From Phoronis australis (taxonomy: Eukaryota > Animalia > Phoronida): a stretch of 64,000 nt of DNA. Position 1 is the stretch's first letter, and every line of letters begins with the position of its first letter. Positions 10,466 to 24,085 of the stretch are shown here, in pieces. The stretch covers positions 1,318,858 to 1,382,857 of the forward strand of contig NMRA01000031.1 of the NCBI GenBank assembly GCA_002633005.1, read 5' to 3'. Under the pieces are notes generated by a model. The model had not been told where the DNA came from and searched no databases. It worked only from the letters and a program-made list of their open reading frames with translations. The translations under genes were made by a program, and so were the position numbers.

Positions 10466-11723
10466 GGGTAATTCTGCTCTTCACCGCGTTGTGAAACTTG
10501 TATCAAAATGTAAAGCTAAAGACCGGACGGGGTGCATGTAAAATCTGGGAATAAACCGATACCTTGCCCGTTACAGCCGTTTAAGTGAAAAACAATGCAA
10601 TAAACGTCATTTTCTTGTGTAACTCTCTGCCTTTTCTAACAATGAAAAGTATGTGTTCATTTTGAAAACAATACGCTCGTGTCACATGCACGCGCCATTT
10701 CCTAAATTTTCGCGACAACTTCGGAGAAGCAAAATTTTTTCTGAAATTCGTTTTTTTGGTATCGAAATTCTAAAAAGTTGTAATGAAGTGAAACCAGTTC
10801 CAATAACTTGTTGTGACATGTACGCAAGCTCGTGAAAGAACAGCAGTTGATTGAAGAATCGGCGAAAAAAGAAACTGGTCAATAGGTGACGCAATATTTC
10901 ATGGCGCCGAAAGCCGTCGCTAAAGATCGCTCCACAACTTTAGCAGCAGAATAACGGTAGAACGTCATTGTTTCCACCACTGTTAAATAATTTTGTTTAC
11001 TCAAGGAAGACTGTAGTTTTTAACAGCACTAATTTTGTGTCAGATTTTATCTTACCACTTTTTTACCCACATCGGTGCAAAGCTGTACGTTATTTATATA
11101 CAGCTTTGTACCAAGGCTACATGTTTTCATGCTTTCTGGCTAAGCACCATTTCCGACATGACTGACCAGTTTCTCCCACAGCACACTGGCGTCAAAGTAA
11201 GCATGGACTTTTTTAGGCAATGTAGGGCCAGCAGAGGCGATGGTTATTGCCTAGGGCTTTTTGGGAACATTTAATTTTTGTGCTTTGACCGCAATTGTTG
11301 CGAACTCGCTGGAGCAAGACACAGTGAATGGTATTAGAAGAAAGAACAATTGCAAATAGTTTGTTGAAACCCTGTTTTGTGTAAATTTATTGAGTTTTGT
11401 GTTTAATATGGACGGCTGAAGTGAAGCACCCGTGGAATTTCTTGTCGAGAGTGTCATATCTTGTTGTATTATAATAGTGTATTGAGAACGATCAGAAGCT
11501 GAGGACGCCTGTGGTTGCCCGGCCCTTGCAGTGTGGCCTAGATTTATATGTGTGAGGTAAAGTTGTTTCATCATTTCAGTGGGAAGGTGTCCGCTTTTTG
11601 ATTTTCAAATGTTGGCAACTCATTGAAAGTCTGACAGGTAAATGATTAAACAACTTTATCCACTTGGATATCTAACTAGCATTCATATCGTCTCATGTCT
11701 GACAGTTGTCTCAACGTGTTTAG

Positions 11724-14700
11724 GCTCAAGCTGAAAAGGAATTGGGCAATGCTGCTTACAAGGAAAAGAAATTTGAGGAAGCTCACCAACGTTATGACCG
11801 AGCTATTCTGCTAGATCCGACGAACATCATATTCTACACTAATAAAGCAGGTATGGAGAATAAGTGCTTTTACTCCCCTGATCAGCACTGTTTGTGTTTC
11901 TTCATTGTTGAAGTTAAAATCTGCATTTTACCCAGGTATCAGGCTAAAAGCAAAATCAAAGAAGGCTCGACAAACGAGCTGCAGACTGCGCATTGCGACC
12001 TGAAATTTGAAAATACAACCTCCGATTTGGCCTACTGTTATTAGTCACACCTGTGTGACTTGGGCATTCCAAGTTCCGAGTCACATCTGAAAGTGCTGCA
12101 GCAATGATTCTATTTTCTAGTTGGAACGCGGAAAATTCGTGTAACACAATACCAGAAAACGTTTCGGTTTTTTGGTGGTCAGTATTGAGAGACGTGAATT
12201 TCAGATTTGCGAGCTTGGATTTTGACCAGGTCGCAACCTAGTTCTCATGCTGTTGAGGGTGGATATTTTCATGGTAGGACTTGTTACCAAGAAGAACATA
12301 CAGTGCTCTTGATAACCTTGCTCGTTTTATTTTTAGCTGTCTACTTCGAGCAGCGCAATTTTGGGGAGTGTATCAAGACATGTGAACAAGCTGTCTCAGT
12401 GGGCCAGAACAACCAAGCAGATTGCAAGTTGATAGCCAAGTGAGAATTGTTCTGAAGAGTTCCTAGCATGAGTTGTTGCAGACCTTTCAGTAGATGGGTT
12501 TTAAATTCTTGTATGATAAGACCGTATCACATGGGATTCTTTGGAGACGAGAGTACAACCGTGCCATGAAATTTGTAGAGATCAGAGGTTTAAGGCAGTT
12601 AAGCTTATTGATGCCAACTGTACTGCAGAACTTAGGAGAATAGCAACTGCATGGCAGAATTGTTGAATTGAACAAGAGCTAAGGTACTGAGAATTAAAGA
12701 AATTTTTGTTAATTCAATAAATGGCACATTTCCGGTGTGTTCGCAGGGCCTTTGCACGGATGGGAAAAGCATACAAGCGACAGAGTGACTTGAAAAATGC
12801 ATCTGGGAATTTCAAGAAATCGTTAGAAGAAAATTGGACCCCGGATGTAGAGGAATTAATAAAGGAGGTAAAAGTGAAGTGGAGTTAAACAGGTTTCCTG
12901 ATTCAGTAATGTCTGGATAAGAGTGGGCTGTTACAGGCCGGTGTCAGAGGACCACTGGTGTAAGAGTGGGTCACTGGCTGGTGTCAGTGGACCATTGGTG
13001 TGTGCTGGTAGAAGTGTACTGCAAGCTCTTAAATTTTACATTTCAATGTCAATTGACTGAAGTTAACTGTTTTAATTTATTTGTTTTTTGTGACTACTGG
13101 CAATTTACTTCATAACTGTACACCATTGATGTACGGAGGATACGAGCATTTGTGAAGCAATCCAATTATTTGACTAGAACAGTGCGCAATTGTTTTATAA
13201 TCCTGTTATATTTTGTAAGAAATGTGAAGGTGGCTCATTCCAAATTTCTTTGAAAACCTTTAATTTCCTCACAAAAACTGCAAAGCAAAGCCAGCCACAT
13301 ATGGCGACACAGGTTGCAGTGTTGCTAATGCAACTTTAGTGTAACTACATGAACTTTTACTTTCCTTGTTGTACATGAGGAGTTGGTCTTGAGTATAGTG
13401 TTCAAATGTTGTAGGATTTCCTGTACTGTATGCTTCTAAGATGAACTCAAACCATGTTCCTATTTTATCACTGCTTATCACATAATTGTTTGTTTGTAAT
13501 AGATTTCAGAAGAGGAGCTGCGTCGGCTGGATGACGGAGAAACTGAGCTGGCGTGTTCACTTAAAGAACTGATAAAGTCGGAAGGAGGGTCAGCTTCAGC
13601 TGGGACCATCTTTATCAAAATGGGCAATATTCATAAAGAGCGGGCTTTGTTGACAAAATGTGTCCAACATTGTGTTACTGCTTCCGCACTGTATAATGCC
13701 GCTTTAATAAGAACAAAGGCTGAAGACTTAGTTAAGGGTCTTGAGGCGACAGTAAGAGAAAATGAACAAGCATTTTGTGACCTCTTGTCATTGCCTGGGA
13801 ATAAAGTTCCCGTTGATTACAAGACAGATATAAAAAATAGGTTGGACAGTATCAGGAAAAGAGTTTCACCAACAGCCGAAAAATTATTGGAAGATTATAA
13901 CAACGCACTCCAATTAGATCCAACTGAAACTGAGCGTTTGTCATTGGAAAAAGAATTTGTAGAGGAAACTAGGCGAGTCTTTAAAGACATGTGTTCTGAT
14001 ATAATTTCTCTTGATGAATTTCTTATGTCAAAAGCAGAAGAATTATTAGGGCCACCTCCACAGGAGTACGCAGCTATAGCCATGGGGTCTTTAGCTAGAG
14101 GAGAGGCAACGCCGTTTTCGGATCTTGAGTGGGCAATTCTGATTGAAGATGAAAGTAAAGACCTCGAGTACTTCCGAAACTTGGTACGACTTGTGCATTT
14201 ATTTGTCTTAAATTTTGGAGAGACATATCTTAGAACCATGAGCATCAAATCACTGAATGATTACTACACTCCTGGTGGGAATTGGTTTGTGGACGACGTA
14301 GTGGCACGTGGATTTGAATTTGACAGTGCTGCCCCCTATGCATGCAAGACACCATTAGGACGAGCAGACAGACCAGAGAGACCAGGTATAGAGTTGATCA
14401 GAACACCTGAAAAGATGGCCGAGATCTGTGAGTATGATACAGCATTAAAGGAAGGCTACATATTTGATCGCATTCTGTCCACTACTGTGAAGCTTCATGG
14501 TAGCCAAGGTGCCGACCGGCTTGTGAAAGAATTTAAAGAAAAGAGGAAAAAATATAAAGCTGATGGCCGAGTACTTAACAAAGTGCATGTGGAAGTCATG
14601 GAAATACTTGATCAATTTAGACCACAAAGAATGCTTGTTGACAACATGGTTCATGACGTCAAGCAAGATATGTTCCGATTGCCTACTGTGGTCATGAGCT

Positions 14701-15517
14701 TGTTAAAGACACTGTTCCGCGTGGACAGTGAATTCACATGGGACGTTTTGAGGGAACTGGAACACAACAAAATGTTGACAGAAGACGGTTGCCACAATTT
14801 ACTGGTGGTTGTGTCCATTGTTGCTCTCCTGAGGCTGGTGATGTACTGTCAGAAGTCTTGTCAAGGGGAGTTGTTATCTTGGGCACCGCAGACCCTTGAG
14901 AGCGGTGATGCAGACTCCAAGAAAGTAACCCGACTTTACGGATACAAACCCATACTCATCCGGTATGCTCACACCATTATTCCGTTTGCTGACTGCATTG
15001 ATGGTGTGGATTTCCAGATCATCTGTAAATCAAAGAAACTGGACGGTGTTTTCTACAGTCAGAGTTACTTAGATGTTGCTTTCCTAGAGCAAAAATTCAT
15101 GTCATTTGATAAAGCTAGGCAGAACTACATTTTACATATTGAGACCATTAGGAATAGTGCATCTGCGATAGAAGCGAACGAGGAATGTTTCCTGAACATC
15201 AAATATGGACCAGACGGCAGGGATGTTTCCTGCTTCGTGAATGACCTCTCTGTTCTGTTTTCCTTACGAATGATAGCGAACAACTACCTCCACGAGAGTC
15301 TTTTCCTCAAGGCATTAGAGTTCTTTAATTATACAATTGAAGCCACCTCTATGCAAGGTAAACCAACCATTTCATGTGGATCAGGCCGCGATGTATTTGA
15401 AAAGCATCGGAAACTATGTTCGGTGCACTCTCTGCAGGGTGCATGTGAGGCCTGTTATAGATTGGGCGATTACAATTCAGCTCTAGATTACGCAAACCAG
15501 TCGTTGGAAGTTTTCAA
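11724..15517 (+). CDS. HOP-TPR2A / nucleotidyltransferase / TPR protein, copy 2 (partial: first exon not found, 3' end cut at a contig join)
   Basis: Exons 11724-11850, 12337-12439, 12747-12867 and 13503-15517, with the same small-exon sizes and phases as copy 1. The frame is open until the N at 15518, after which the sequence jumps to intron-2-like DNA. Confidence 0.8.
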
Positions 15518-16436
15518 NGATATTGAGTCTTCCGTGAAACCAAATGATGCATCTCAACAGTGGGGTCATCACTGAGGTGTTACTTGTCACAGTAGCCAAT
15601 CCTCTTAATCCTTTAATATACTCATGGGAAGGACACTTCACTTTTGTTGAACTCATTTGTACCCAGGCAACGAAATTAAAAAATGCAGTTGTGCTAGTCC
15701 CTGCATGAATGCGACTCGCCTCGTGCTTATGATTTCCTTTCCACCAAAGAACCATATGTCATCCTGTTGCCAATGAAGACATGGGAGACTAGTAGTCAAG
15801 TTGTGCATTTTGGGAACCTAATCACTGGCACTATAACACGTAAGAACCAAAGAGAAATGCTTGCCTGCTTGCCAGCTTGGATAGTTCAGGAACTGAAGAC
15901 TGTTGGCTAATTTCCACCCGTGACCGAAAGAATACGTTTGAAGATGCATGTGCTAAAACGCTTGTAAAGACAGCGTTGTCTTAGAAGTGAATTCAACTTT
16001 ACAATGAATCATTTTTGAGCAAATTTGAAATGTATTAGAAGACAATGTTTTGTCCCAAGCTGGATTAGTTGATATTTAAACTTTAGTAAATTTCACACTG
16101 CTCTAGACTGTTCTATCAGAAATCACTCTTACTAAAATGTGTAAACAAACAAATACACTGCCACGGTATTGTCTGGAGCATTTTCTAATTTCACAAAACC
16201 TTTTCAGCTTTGTCTTTTTATACTGACTAACTATAGTCTGATGGCATCTGCGATTGTTACCCCAGTTACCACTTACGTTGGCTCCTCCCAGCGTTGCCCT
16301 TAATTTTTAATTAGTGTCTGTTAAATATTTCGGGCTACGCAGTGATTGCGACATGATGCATTAGGAGATTGCGACATCGCGAGGTATAGCAGTAAAACAC
16401 CAGTGCTCTTGATAACCTTGCTCGTTTTATTTTTAG

Positions 16437-19400
16437 CTGTCTACTTCGAGCAGCGCAATTTTGGGAAATGTATCAAGATATGTGAACAAGCTGTCTCAGT
16501 GGGCCAGAACAACAAAGCAGATTGCAAGTTGATAGCCAAGTGAGAATTGTTCTGAAGAGTCCTAACATGAGTTGTTGCAGACCTTTCAGTAGATGGGTTT
16601 TAAATTCTTGTATGATAAGACCGTATCACATGGGATTCTTTGGAAACGAGAGTACAATCGTGCGATGAAATTTGCAGAGATCAGAGGTTTAAGGCAGTTA
16701 AGCTTATTGATGCCAACTGTACCAAGAAATTGCTTGTAATGCAGAAATTACGAGAATAGCAACTGCATGGCAGAATTGTTGAATTGAACAAGAGCTAAGG
16801 TACTGAGAATTAAAGAAATTTTTGTTAATTCAATAAATGGCACATTTCCGGTGTATTCGCAGGGCCTTTACACGGATGGGAAAGGCATACAAGCGACAGA
16901 ATGACTTGAAAAATGCATCTGTGAATTTCAAGAGATCGTTAGAAGAAAACTGGACCCCAGATGTAGAGGAATTAATAAAAGAGGTAAAAAGTGAATTGGA
17001 GTTAAACAGGTTTCCTGATTCAGTAATGTCTGGATAAGATTGGGCCGTTACAGACCGGTGTCAGATGACCACTGGTGTAGGAGTGGGTCACTGGCCGGTG
17101 TCTGAGGACCACTGGTGTTTGCTGGTAGAAGTTTACTGCAAGCTCTTAAATTTTACATTTCAATGTCAATTGACTGAAGTTAACTATTTTAATTTATTTG
17201 TTTTTCGTGACTACTGGCAATTTACTTCATAACTGTACACCACTGATGTATGGATTATACGAGCATCTGTGAAGCAATCCAATTACTTGACTAGAACAGT
17301 GCGCAATTCTTTTATAATCCTGTTATATTTCGTAAGAAATGTGAAGGTGACTCATTCCAAATTTCTTTGAAAACCTTTAATTTCCTCTCAAAAACTGCCA
17401 AGCAAAGCCAGCCACATATGGCGACACAGGTTGCAGTGTTGCTAATGCAACTTTAGTGTAACTACATGAACTTTTACTTTCCTTGTTGTACACGAGGAGT
17501 TGGTCTTGAGTATAGTGTTCAAAGGTTGTAGGATTTCCTGTACTGTATGCTTCTAAGATGAACTCAAACCATGTTCCTATTTTATCACTGCTTATCACAT
17601 AATTGTTTGTTTGTAATAGATTTCAGAAGAGGAGCTGCATCGGCTGGATGACGGAGAAACTGAGCTAGCGTGTTCACTTAAAGAACTGATAAAGTCAGAA
17701 GGAGGGTCAGCGTCAGCTGGGACCATCTTTATCAAAATGGGCAATATTCATAAAGAGCGGGCTTTGTTGACAAAATGTGTCCACCATTGTGTTACTGCTT
17801 CCGCGCTGTATAACGCTGCTTTAATAAGAACAAAGGATGGAGAGTTAGTTAAGGGTCTTGAGGCGACAGTAAGAGAAAATGAACAAGCATTTTGTGACCT
17901 CTTGTCATTGCCTGGGAATAAAGTTCCCGTTGATTACAAGACAGATATAAAAAATAGGTTGGACAGTATCAGGAAAAGAGTTTCACCAACAGCCGAAAAA
18001 TTATTGGAAGATTATAACAACGCACTCCAATTAGATCCAACTGAAACTGAGCGTTTGTCATTGGAAAAAGAATTTGTAGAGGAAACTAGGCGAGTCTTTA
18101 AAGACATGTGTTCTGATATAATTTCTCTTGATGGATTTCTTATGTCAAAAGCAGAAGAATTATTAGGGCCACCTCCACAGGAGTACGCAGCTATAGCCAT
18201 GGGGTCTTTAGCTAGAGGAGAGGCAACGCCGTTTTCGGATCTTGAGTGGGCAATTCTGATTGAAGATGAAAGTAAAGACCTCGAGTACTTCCGAAACTTG
18301 GTACGACTTGTGCATTTATTTGTCTTAAATTTTGGAGAGACATATCTTAGAACCATGAGCATCAAATCACTGAATGATTACTACACTCCTGGTGGGAATT
18401 GGTTCGTGGACGATGTGGTGGCACGTGGGTTTGAATTTGACAGTGCTGCCCCCTATGCGTGCAAGACACCATTAGGACGAGCAGACAGACCAGATAGACC
18501 AGGTATAGAGTTGATCAGAACACCTGAAAAGATGGCCGAGATCTGTGAGTATGATACAGCATTAAAGGAAGGCTACATATTTGATCGCATTCTGTCCACT
18601 ACTGTGAAGCTTCATGGTAGCCAAGGTGCCGACTGTCTTGTGAAAGAATTTAAAGAAAAGAGGAAAAAATATAAAGCTGATGGCCGAGTACTTAACAAAG
18701 TGCATGTGGAAGTCATGGAAATACTTGATCAATTTAGACCACAAAGAATGCTTGTTGACAACATGGTTCATGACGTCAAGCAAGATATGTTCCGATTGCC
18801 TACTGTGGTCATGAGCTTGTTAAAGACACTGTTCCGCGTGGACAGTGAATTCACATGGGACGTTTTGAGGGAACTGGAACACAACAAAATGTTGACAGAA
18901 GACGGTTGCCACAATTTACTGGTGGTTGTGTCCATTGTTGCTCTCCTGAGGCTGGTGATGTACTGTCAGAAGTCTTGTCAAGGGGAGTTGTTATCTTGGG
19001 CACCGCAGACCCTTGAGAGCGGTGATGCAGACTCCAAGAAAGTAACCCGACTTTACGGATACAAACCCATACTCATCCGGTATGCTCACACCATTATTCC
19101 GTTTGCTGACTGCATTGATGGTGTGGATTTCCAGATCATCTGTAAATCAAAGAAACTGGACGGTGTTTTCTACAGTCAGAGTTACTTAGATGTTGCTTTC
19201 CTAGAGCAAAAATTCATGTCATTTGATAAAGCTAGGCAGAACTACATTTTACATATTGAGACCATTAGGAATAGTGCATCTGCGATAGAAGCGAACGAGG
19301 AATGTTTCCTGAACATCAAATATGGACCAGACGGCAGGGATGTTTCCTGCTTCGTGAATGACCTCTCTGTTCTGTTTTCCTTACGAATGATAGCGAACAA

Positions 19401-20499
19401 CTACCTCCACGAGAGTCTTTTCCTCAAGGCATTAGAGTTCTTTAATTATACAATTGAAGCCACCTCTATGCAAGGTAAACCAACCATTTCATGTGGATCA
19501 GGCCGCGATGTATTTGAAAAGCATCGGAAACTATGTTCGGTGCACTCTCTGCAGGGTGCATGTGAGGCCTGTTATAGATTGGGCGATTACAATTCAGCTC
19601 TAGATTACGCAAACCAGTCGTTGGAAGTTTTCAAAAGTCTAAGGGACTCTCGGGACAAAGTGTATAGTATAAAAACTATTGGCACAGTTTACTATGCTAT
19701 GGGTAAGTACGACGAAGCTATGAAGTCCTTAGAGGATGCACTGAGTTTGCTAATCAACTGCGAGGACTTCACTTCTAAACTACTGAAATATCACATTATT
19801 CATGTCAAGGGTCTTGTTCATGAGAAATGTGGAAATCATGACTTAGCTCTAGAAACTCATGAAGAAGCGTTAATAGGCTTACAAAAGATCTGTGGATACG
19901 GGGACCATTTCCAAATTGCATCTGGTTTGCGAAATGTTGGATGCGCTTACGCTAATAAGGCTGAATATGAACTGGGGTTGAAATATTTTAACGACTCACT
20001 GAATATGTGTCGAGCTCTAACTAAAGGTGAAGACCACATTCTTACCATGGGATTGTTACGTAACATCGGAAACTTGAACCTGAAGATGGATAAGGTATAT
20101 GGTTTGGCGGAATTGGGATTGAAAGAATGTCAAGAATCCTTGGACATGTGTAATCGGATTTTTAGTAATGCTGATCATCCTGAAACCGCAGCGTGTTTGC
20201 TTAAGCTTGGTGTTGCGTTTGGCAATAACGGGAAACCTGAATTGGCTTTACAAAGCCTCAAAAACGCCTTGCGCATTTGGAGAACATTTCTTGGTCATGT
20301 AGACCACCCTGACATTGCTACCTGTTTATTTAACCTTGGATTATCTTATTATTGCATGAAGGAGTACCAGTCTGCTTTGTCTCATTTTGAACTAGCAAGG
20401 GATATGACTGTTAGGATTTTTGGGGACTCACAACCTAAGAAAATAGGTATTTTTGAGAATTTCATTACCCTAGTTCGTAATTCTATGGCTGGGAAGTAA
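16437..20499 (+). CDS. HOP-TPR2A / nucleotidyltransferase / TPR protein, copy 3 (5' exons missing at the contig join)
   Basis: Exons 16437-16539, 16863-16983 and 17620-20499. The large exon is intact (920 aa from its internal Met). Upstream 15519-16436 is homologous to copy 1 intron 2. Confidence 0.85.
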
Positions 20500-21766
20500 A
20501 TTTTCTGTGTGACAGGATAATGAAGTCTGTAGTGTCTTAGTTAAAATTTCAGTTGTAAACAGTTGTGTCATTTGTGTTTAAACTGGTCAGGAGTTATCCT
20601 AAAATTGCACTTCAACTGTAAACTAGTTTAAATACCTGGTTGAACTGTCTGTATCATTTTGGATTCGTGCAGAGCTGGTGGATAAGTCAACAATTATTTC
20701 AGTAAGGTATAGATGATGGGCTAACGCTCAAAATGTACCCTTCACCCCACAGTCTCCTACTTACTCTAGGTTGTGCAGTATGAACTTGTAAAATGTTGAA
20801 AATTAATTGACTAAATTTTGTTTTAGTCGGCAAGGCTTTGTAGCCCTTAGCAGGTGAACGAGTTGAACTTTTATTAGGGTTGTACAACTTGTTTGCGCTT
20901 TGTGGAGTTCATTAGCGCTTGTAGCCATTTGTAAGAAAAGATGTCGTTTGAATACACTTGAAACATACTTCGTTCAGTATCATTTTATGCGCCCACAAAC
21001 CCATTTTGTGGTCGCATATGGCATCGCGTCCGCTGTGAATTGCTGTCCGTATGTCATCTGCCCTTTGTCTTTCACGGTCTGTCGTTAAGTTGGTTTGTTG
21101 ACGAAATTATAACCGGTTTGACGAATATAGGAATTTGACACCGACTATCATGACGATGAGTCGACATGATTTTCGTCAGGACTCCATGATTACCGTAGCA
21201 CCGCTTGTTGGTCATTTTACTTTCCGATATGACATTTCTGACTCCGTTAATTTTTGCGGGACAGCTAGGAGTTTTCCGAATAGGGGGGAACCATTGGGGT
21301 TTCAGACAGCTTTGCCTTACAGCCCCTGTTCGTTTTAGTTATCTATAACCTTGTAGTCCGTTTCAGTTTTGCGAAACAACTTGGCGGACGGGGTCATGAC
21401 AAAATTTATCCGAGTTATGTGGCAAGGGAACACCGTCACCGGTTGATTTTTGTACATGTTGGACCGTTGCGGTGCCCCCTGTTTAGTAGATTTTTCCGTA
21501 TTCCTCCTTCCAGCAATTGCTGATCCACTACCGGGCTAATCTTGCTGAATTTTGCAGACGTCTGTGTAGGCCAGCTAGTGGTCAGCAAGGGGGTTAGCAT
21601 AGGCAGATTTAGCCCCCCCCCCCTTGGCTGCCGCAAAAAAAATATAAAAAACCAGCAAGAGCGTAGGGAAATGTTGAGTTTATTAATTAACCCCGGTAAT
21701 TAAAATTTTATGGCTGAAACAACATTGAAGTGTGTGCAGTTTTAGAGTGTTTGCGGGGGGGGGGGG

Positions 21767-22621
21767 NNNNNNNNNNNNNNNNNNNNNNNNNNNNNNNNNN
21801 NNNNNNNNNNNNNNNNNNNNNNNNNNNNNNNNNNNNNNNNNNNNNNNNNNNNNNNNNNNNNNNNNNNNNNNNNNNNNNNNNNNNNNNNNNNNNNNNNNNN
21901 NNNNNNNNNNNNNNNNNNNNNNNNNNNNNNNNNNNNNNNNNNNNNNNNNNNNNNNNNNNNNNNNNNNNNNNNNNNNNNNNNNNNNNNNNNNNNNNNNNNN
22001 NNNNNNNNNNNNNNNNNNNNNNNNNNNNNNNNNNNNNNNNNNNNNNNNNNNNNNNNNNNNNNNNNNNNNNNNNNNNNNNNNNNNNNNNNNNNNNNNNNNN
22101 NNNNNNNNNNNNNNNNNNNNNNNNNNNNNNNNNNNNNNNNNNNNNNNNNNNNNNNNNNNNNNNNNNNNNNNNNNNNNNNNNNNNNNNNNNNNNNNNNNNN
22201 NNNNNNNNNNNNNNNNNNNNNNNNNNNNNNNNNNNNNNNNNNNNNNNNNNNNNNNNNNNNNNNNNNNNNNNNNNNNNNNNNNNNNNNNNNNNNNNNNNNN
22301 NNNNNNNNNNNNNNNNNNNNNNNNNNNNNNNNNNNNNNNNNNNNNNNNNNNNNNNNNNNNNNNNNNNNNNNNNNNNNNNNNNNNNNNNNNNNNNNNNNNN
22401 NNNNNNNNNNNNNNNNNNNNNNNNNNNNNNNNNNNNNNNNNNNNNNNNNNNNNNNNNNNNNNNNNNNNNNNNNNNNNNNNNNNNNNNNNNNNNNNNNNNN
22501 NNNNNNNNNNNNNNNNNNNNNNNNNNNNNNNNNNNNNNNNNNNNNNNNNNNNNNNNNNNNNNNNNNNNNNNNNNNNNNNNNNNNNNNNNNNNNNNNNNNN
22601 NNNNNNNNNNNNNNNNNNNNN
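21767..22621. other. Assembly gap (N run) after a poly-G tract
   Basis: Continuous N. Other gaps at 41030-41037, 53372-53408 and 53946-54070; single Ns at 9774 and 15518. Confidence 0.99.
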
Positions 22622-23714
22622 AATTAATATAGCAGGGCTATATTAATGCGAACCCCTTCATGACTACTTGTCGTTGGGTACACAACAACAAATTGGAATG
22701 TACACCACCAGAAACACAAACACCCTTTGAGGATGAAGGAAAATATATACAAGAGTACTTTGCCAGTTACTAATATCCTATTCGGCTATGGAATGTTTAC
22801 AATGTGGAGCACCTTCGATTCAGTTGGGCAAAATGGAGCACTTCGTAATCGTAATTCCAGAAACTAAAGAGCACGGAAATTTTCTTGAAACATTCAAGGC
22901 ACTGTGATCAATTTTATCCACTTAAATTGCGCAGATATTCACAATCATATAAATTCTATACTTCTGCGTCATCAAGTTTAAAGGAAACTCCGCCAAAATA
23001 TAAGAAAGAGACTGAAATTCTTTACGTTATAACGGTTATTTGAAGTAGCCATCAAGTTTCCACTTCTCGCAAGATTTGGACCAATCACATGAAGGTGCTG
23101 AAGATGGTGCTCGACTCCAGTACGGTACACTTTTATAACTCGGTAAGGTGAGTGAAGCATGGTTTCATCGGTTCAAATAGCGGAAGGCCTGTGGTTGTAG
23201 ATTTGTAACCAAATCGAATTCCTAGCTTTTTAAAAGTGGTTTTAAGGCTAATTCAGTAGTTTAATTACCGTTTTAGCCGTCACAATGTCACAGGCAGCCT
23301 GCGACCACAGCACAGGCGTCCTCGGGCTCGGGCTCTGGCTCAGCTAGGCAAATTACATCGTGATAGTATATTCCCACAGAAAGTTACGAATTTCAAAATA
23401 CAGGAAATAAAATCTAATGAAACATGCATATATGCACATTGAGTTACAATTAACACGTACCATAAGTCTGGAGACGATCCAGTCTAACTGAATAATTTGA
23501 ACTAATCAATGAAAATCTGTCGTGGTTTGCTCGAGTTTCTCTTACCGGGTGACATTTTGAGGAAGTTACGTGAAATGACGCATGTTGACGGATAAAAAGC
23601 CCAAGGGATACAAATCATACAAATTTCACCTGATACCTTCCCATGCTATTTTGCAAATGTCACGTGCCAGCGTGTCACGCGCTTCGCTCAGTTTTGTGCT
23701 TCGCTCAGTCTCGC

Positions 23715-24085
23715 GCTAGCCTTTGCCTAACTCACGTGACTCAGTTGAAATACTTTTTGGTTATCGTGTGCGTAGTGAAAAAGTTAAAGGTGACCAAAAA
23801 AGTGGAGTTGGAATTCTTCGCCAAAGTCACCTTAATTCTCGTAACTTAAGCTTCATCGAAGATATGTATAGAACTAGAAAGGACCAATGAAGAAAGTAAG
23901 CGCTTTTTTAAGTGATAGTTTTAAGTGTGGAATGTATTTTTGACGAGGTGAAAACTCAAAATCGGTGGCTGTATTTGGCCTACCACCCGTTCAAAATACA
24001 TGGAACAAAATGCGTACAGAAAATACATGGAACAAAATGCGTACAGAAAGCGATGGGAAGTATTGTAGCCCCTAACCGGCCAACC
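23715..24085. mobile_element. Dispersed repeat family B, copy 1 (non-autonomous element)
   Basis: Colinear with 49628-49962 (tttgcctaactca.gtgactcagttgaaata...gtgaccaaaaa.gtggagttggaattctt...gacgaggtgaaaactc...atgggaagtattgtagcccctaacc). Contains a 27-bp tandem duplication at about 23993-24049. Confidence 0.7.

Noticed and set aside
13620-15575. Naturally truncated 651-aa protein or pseudogene
   Set aside because: The truncation coincides exactly with a single N contig join; the residues after it are intron sequence.
6097-20499. Bacterial contamination of the assembly
   Set aside because: The large ORFs are preceded by in-phase spliceosomal acceptors and GT-AG exons, have host-like composition, and sit among animal repeats and genes.
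21730-22646. 300-aa ORFs (and the ORFs at 53350-54163)
   Set aside because: Read-through of N gaps.
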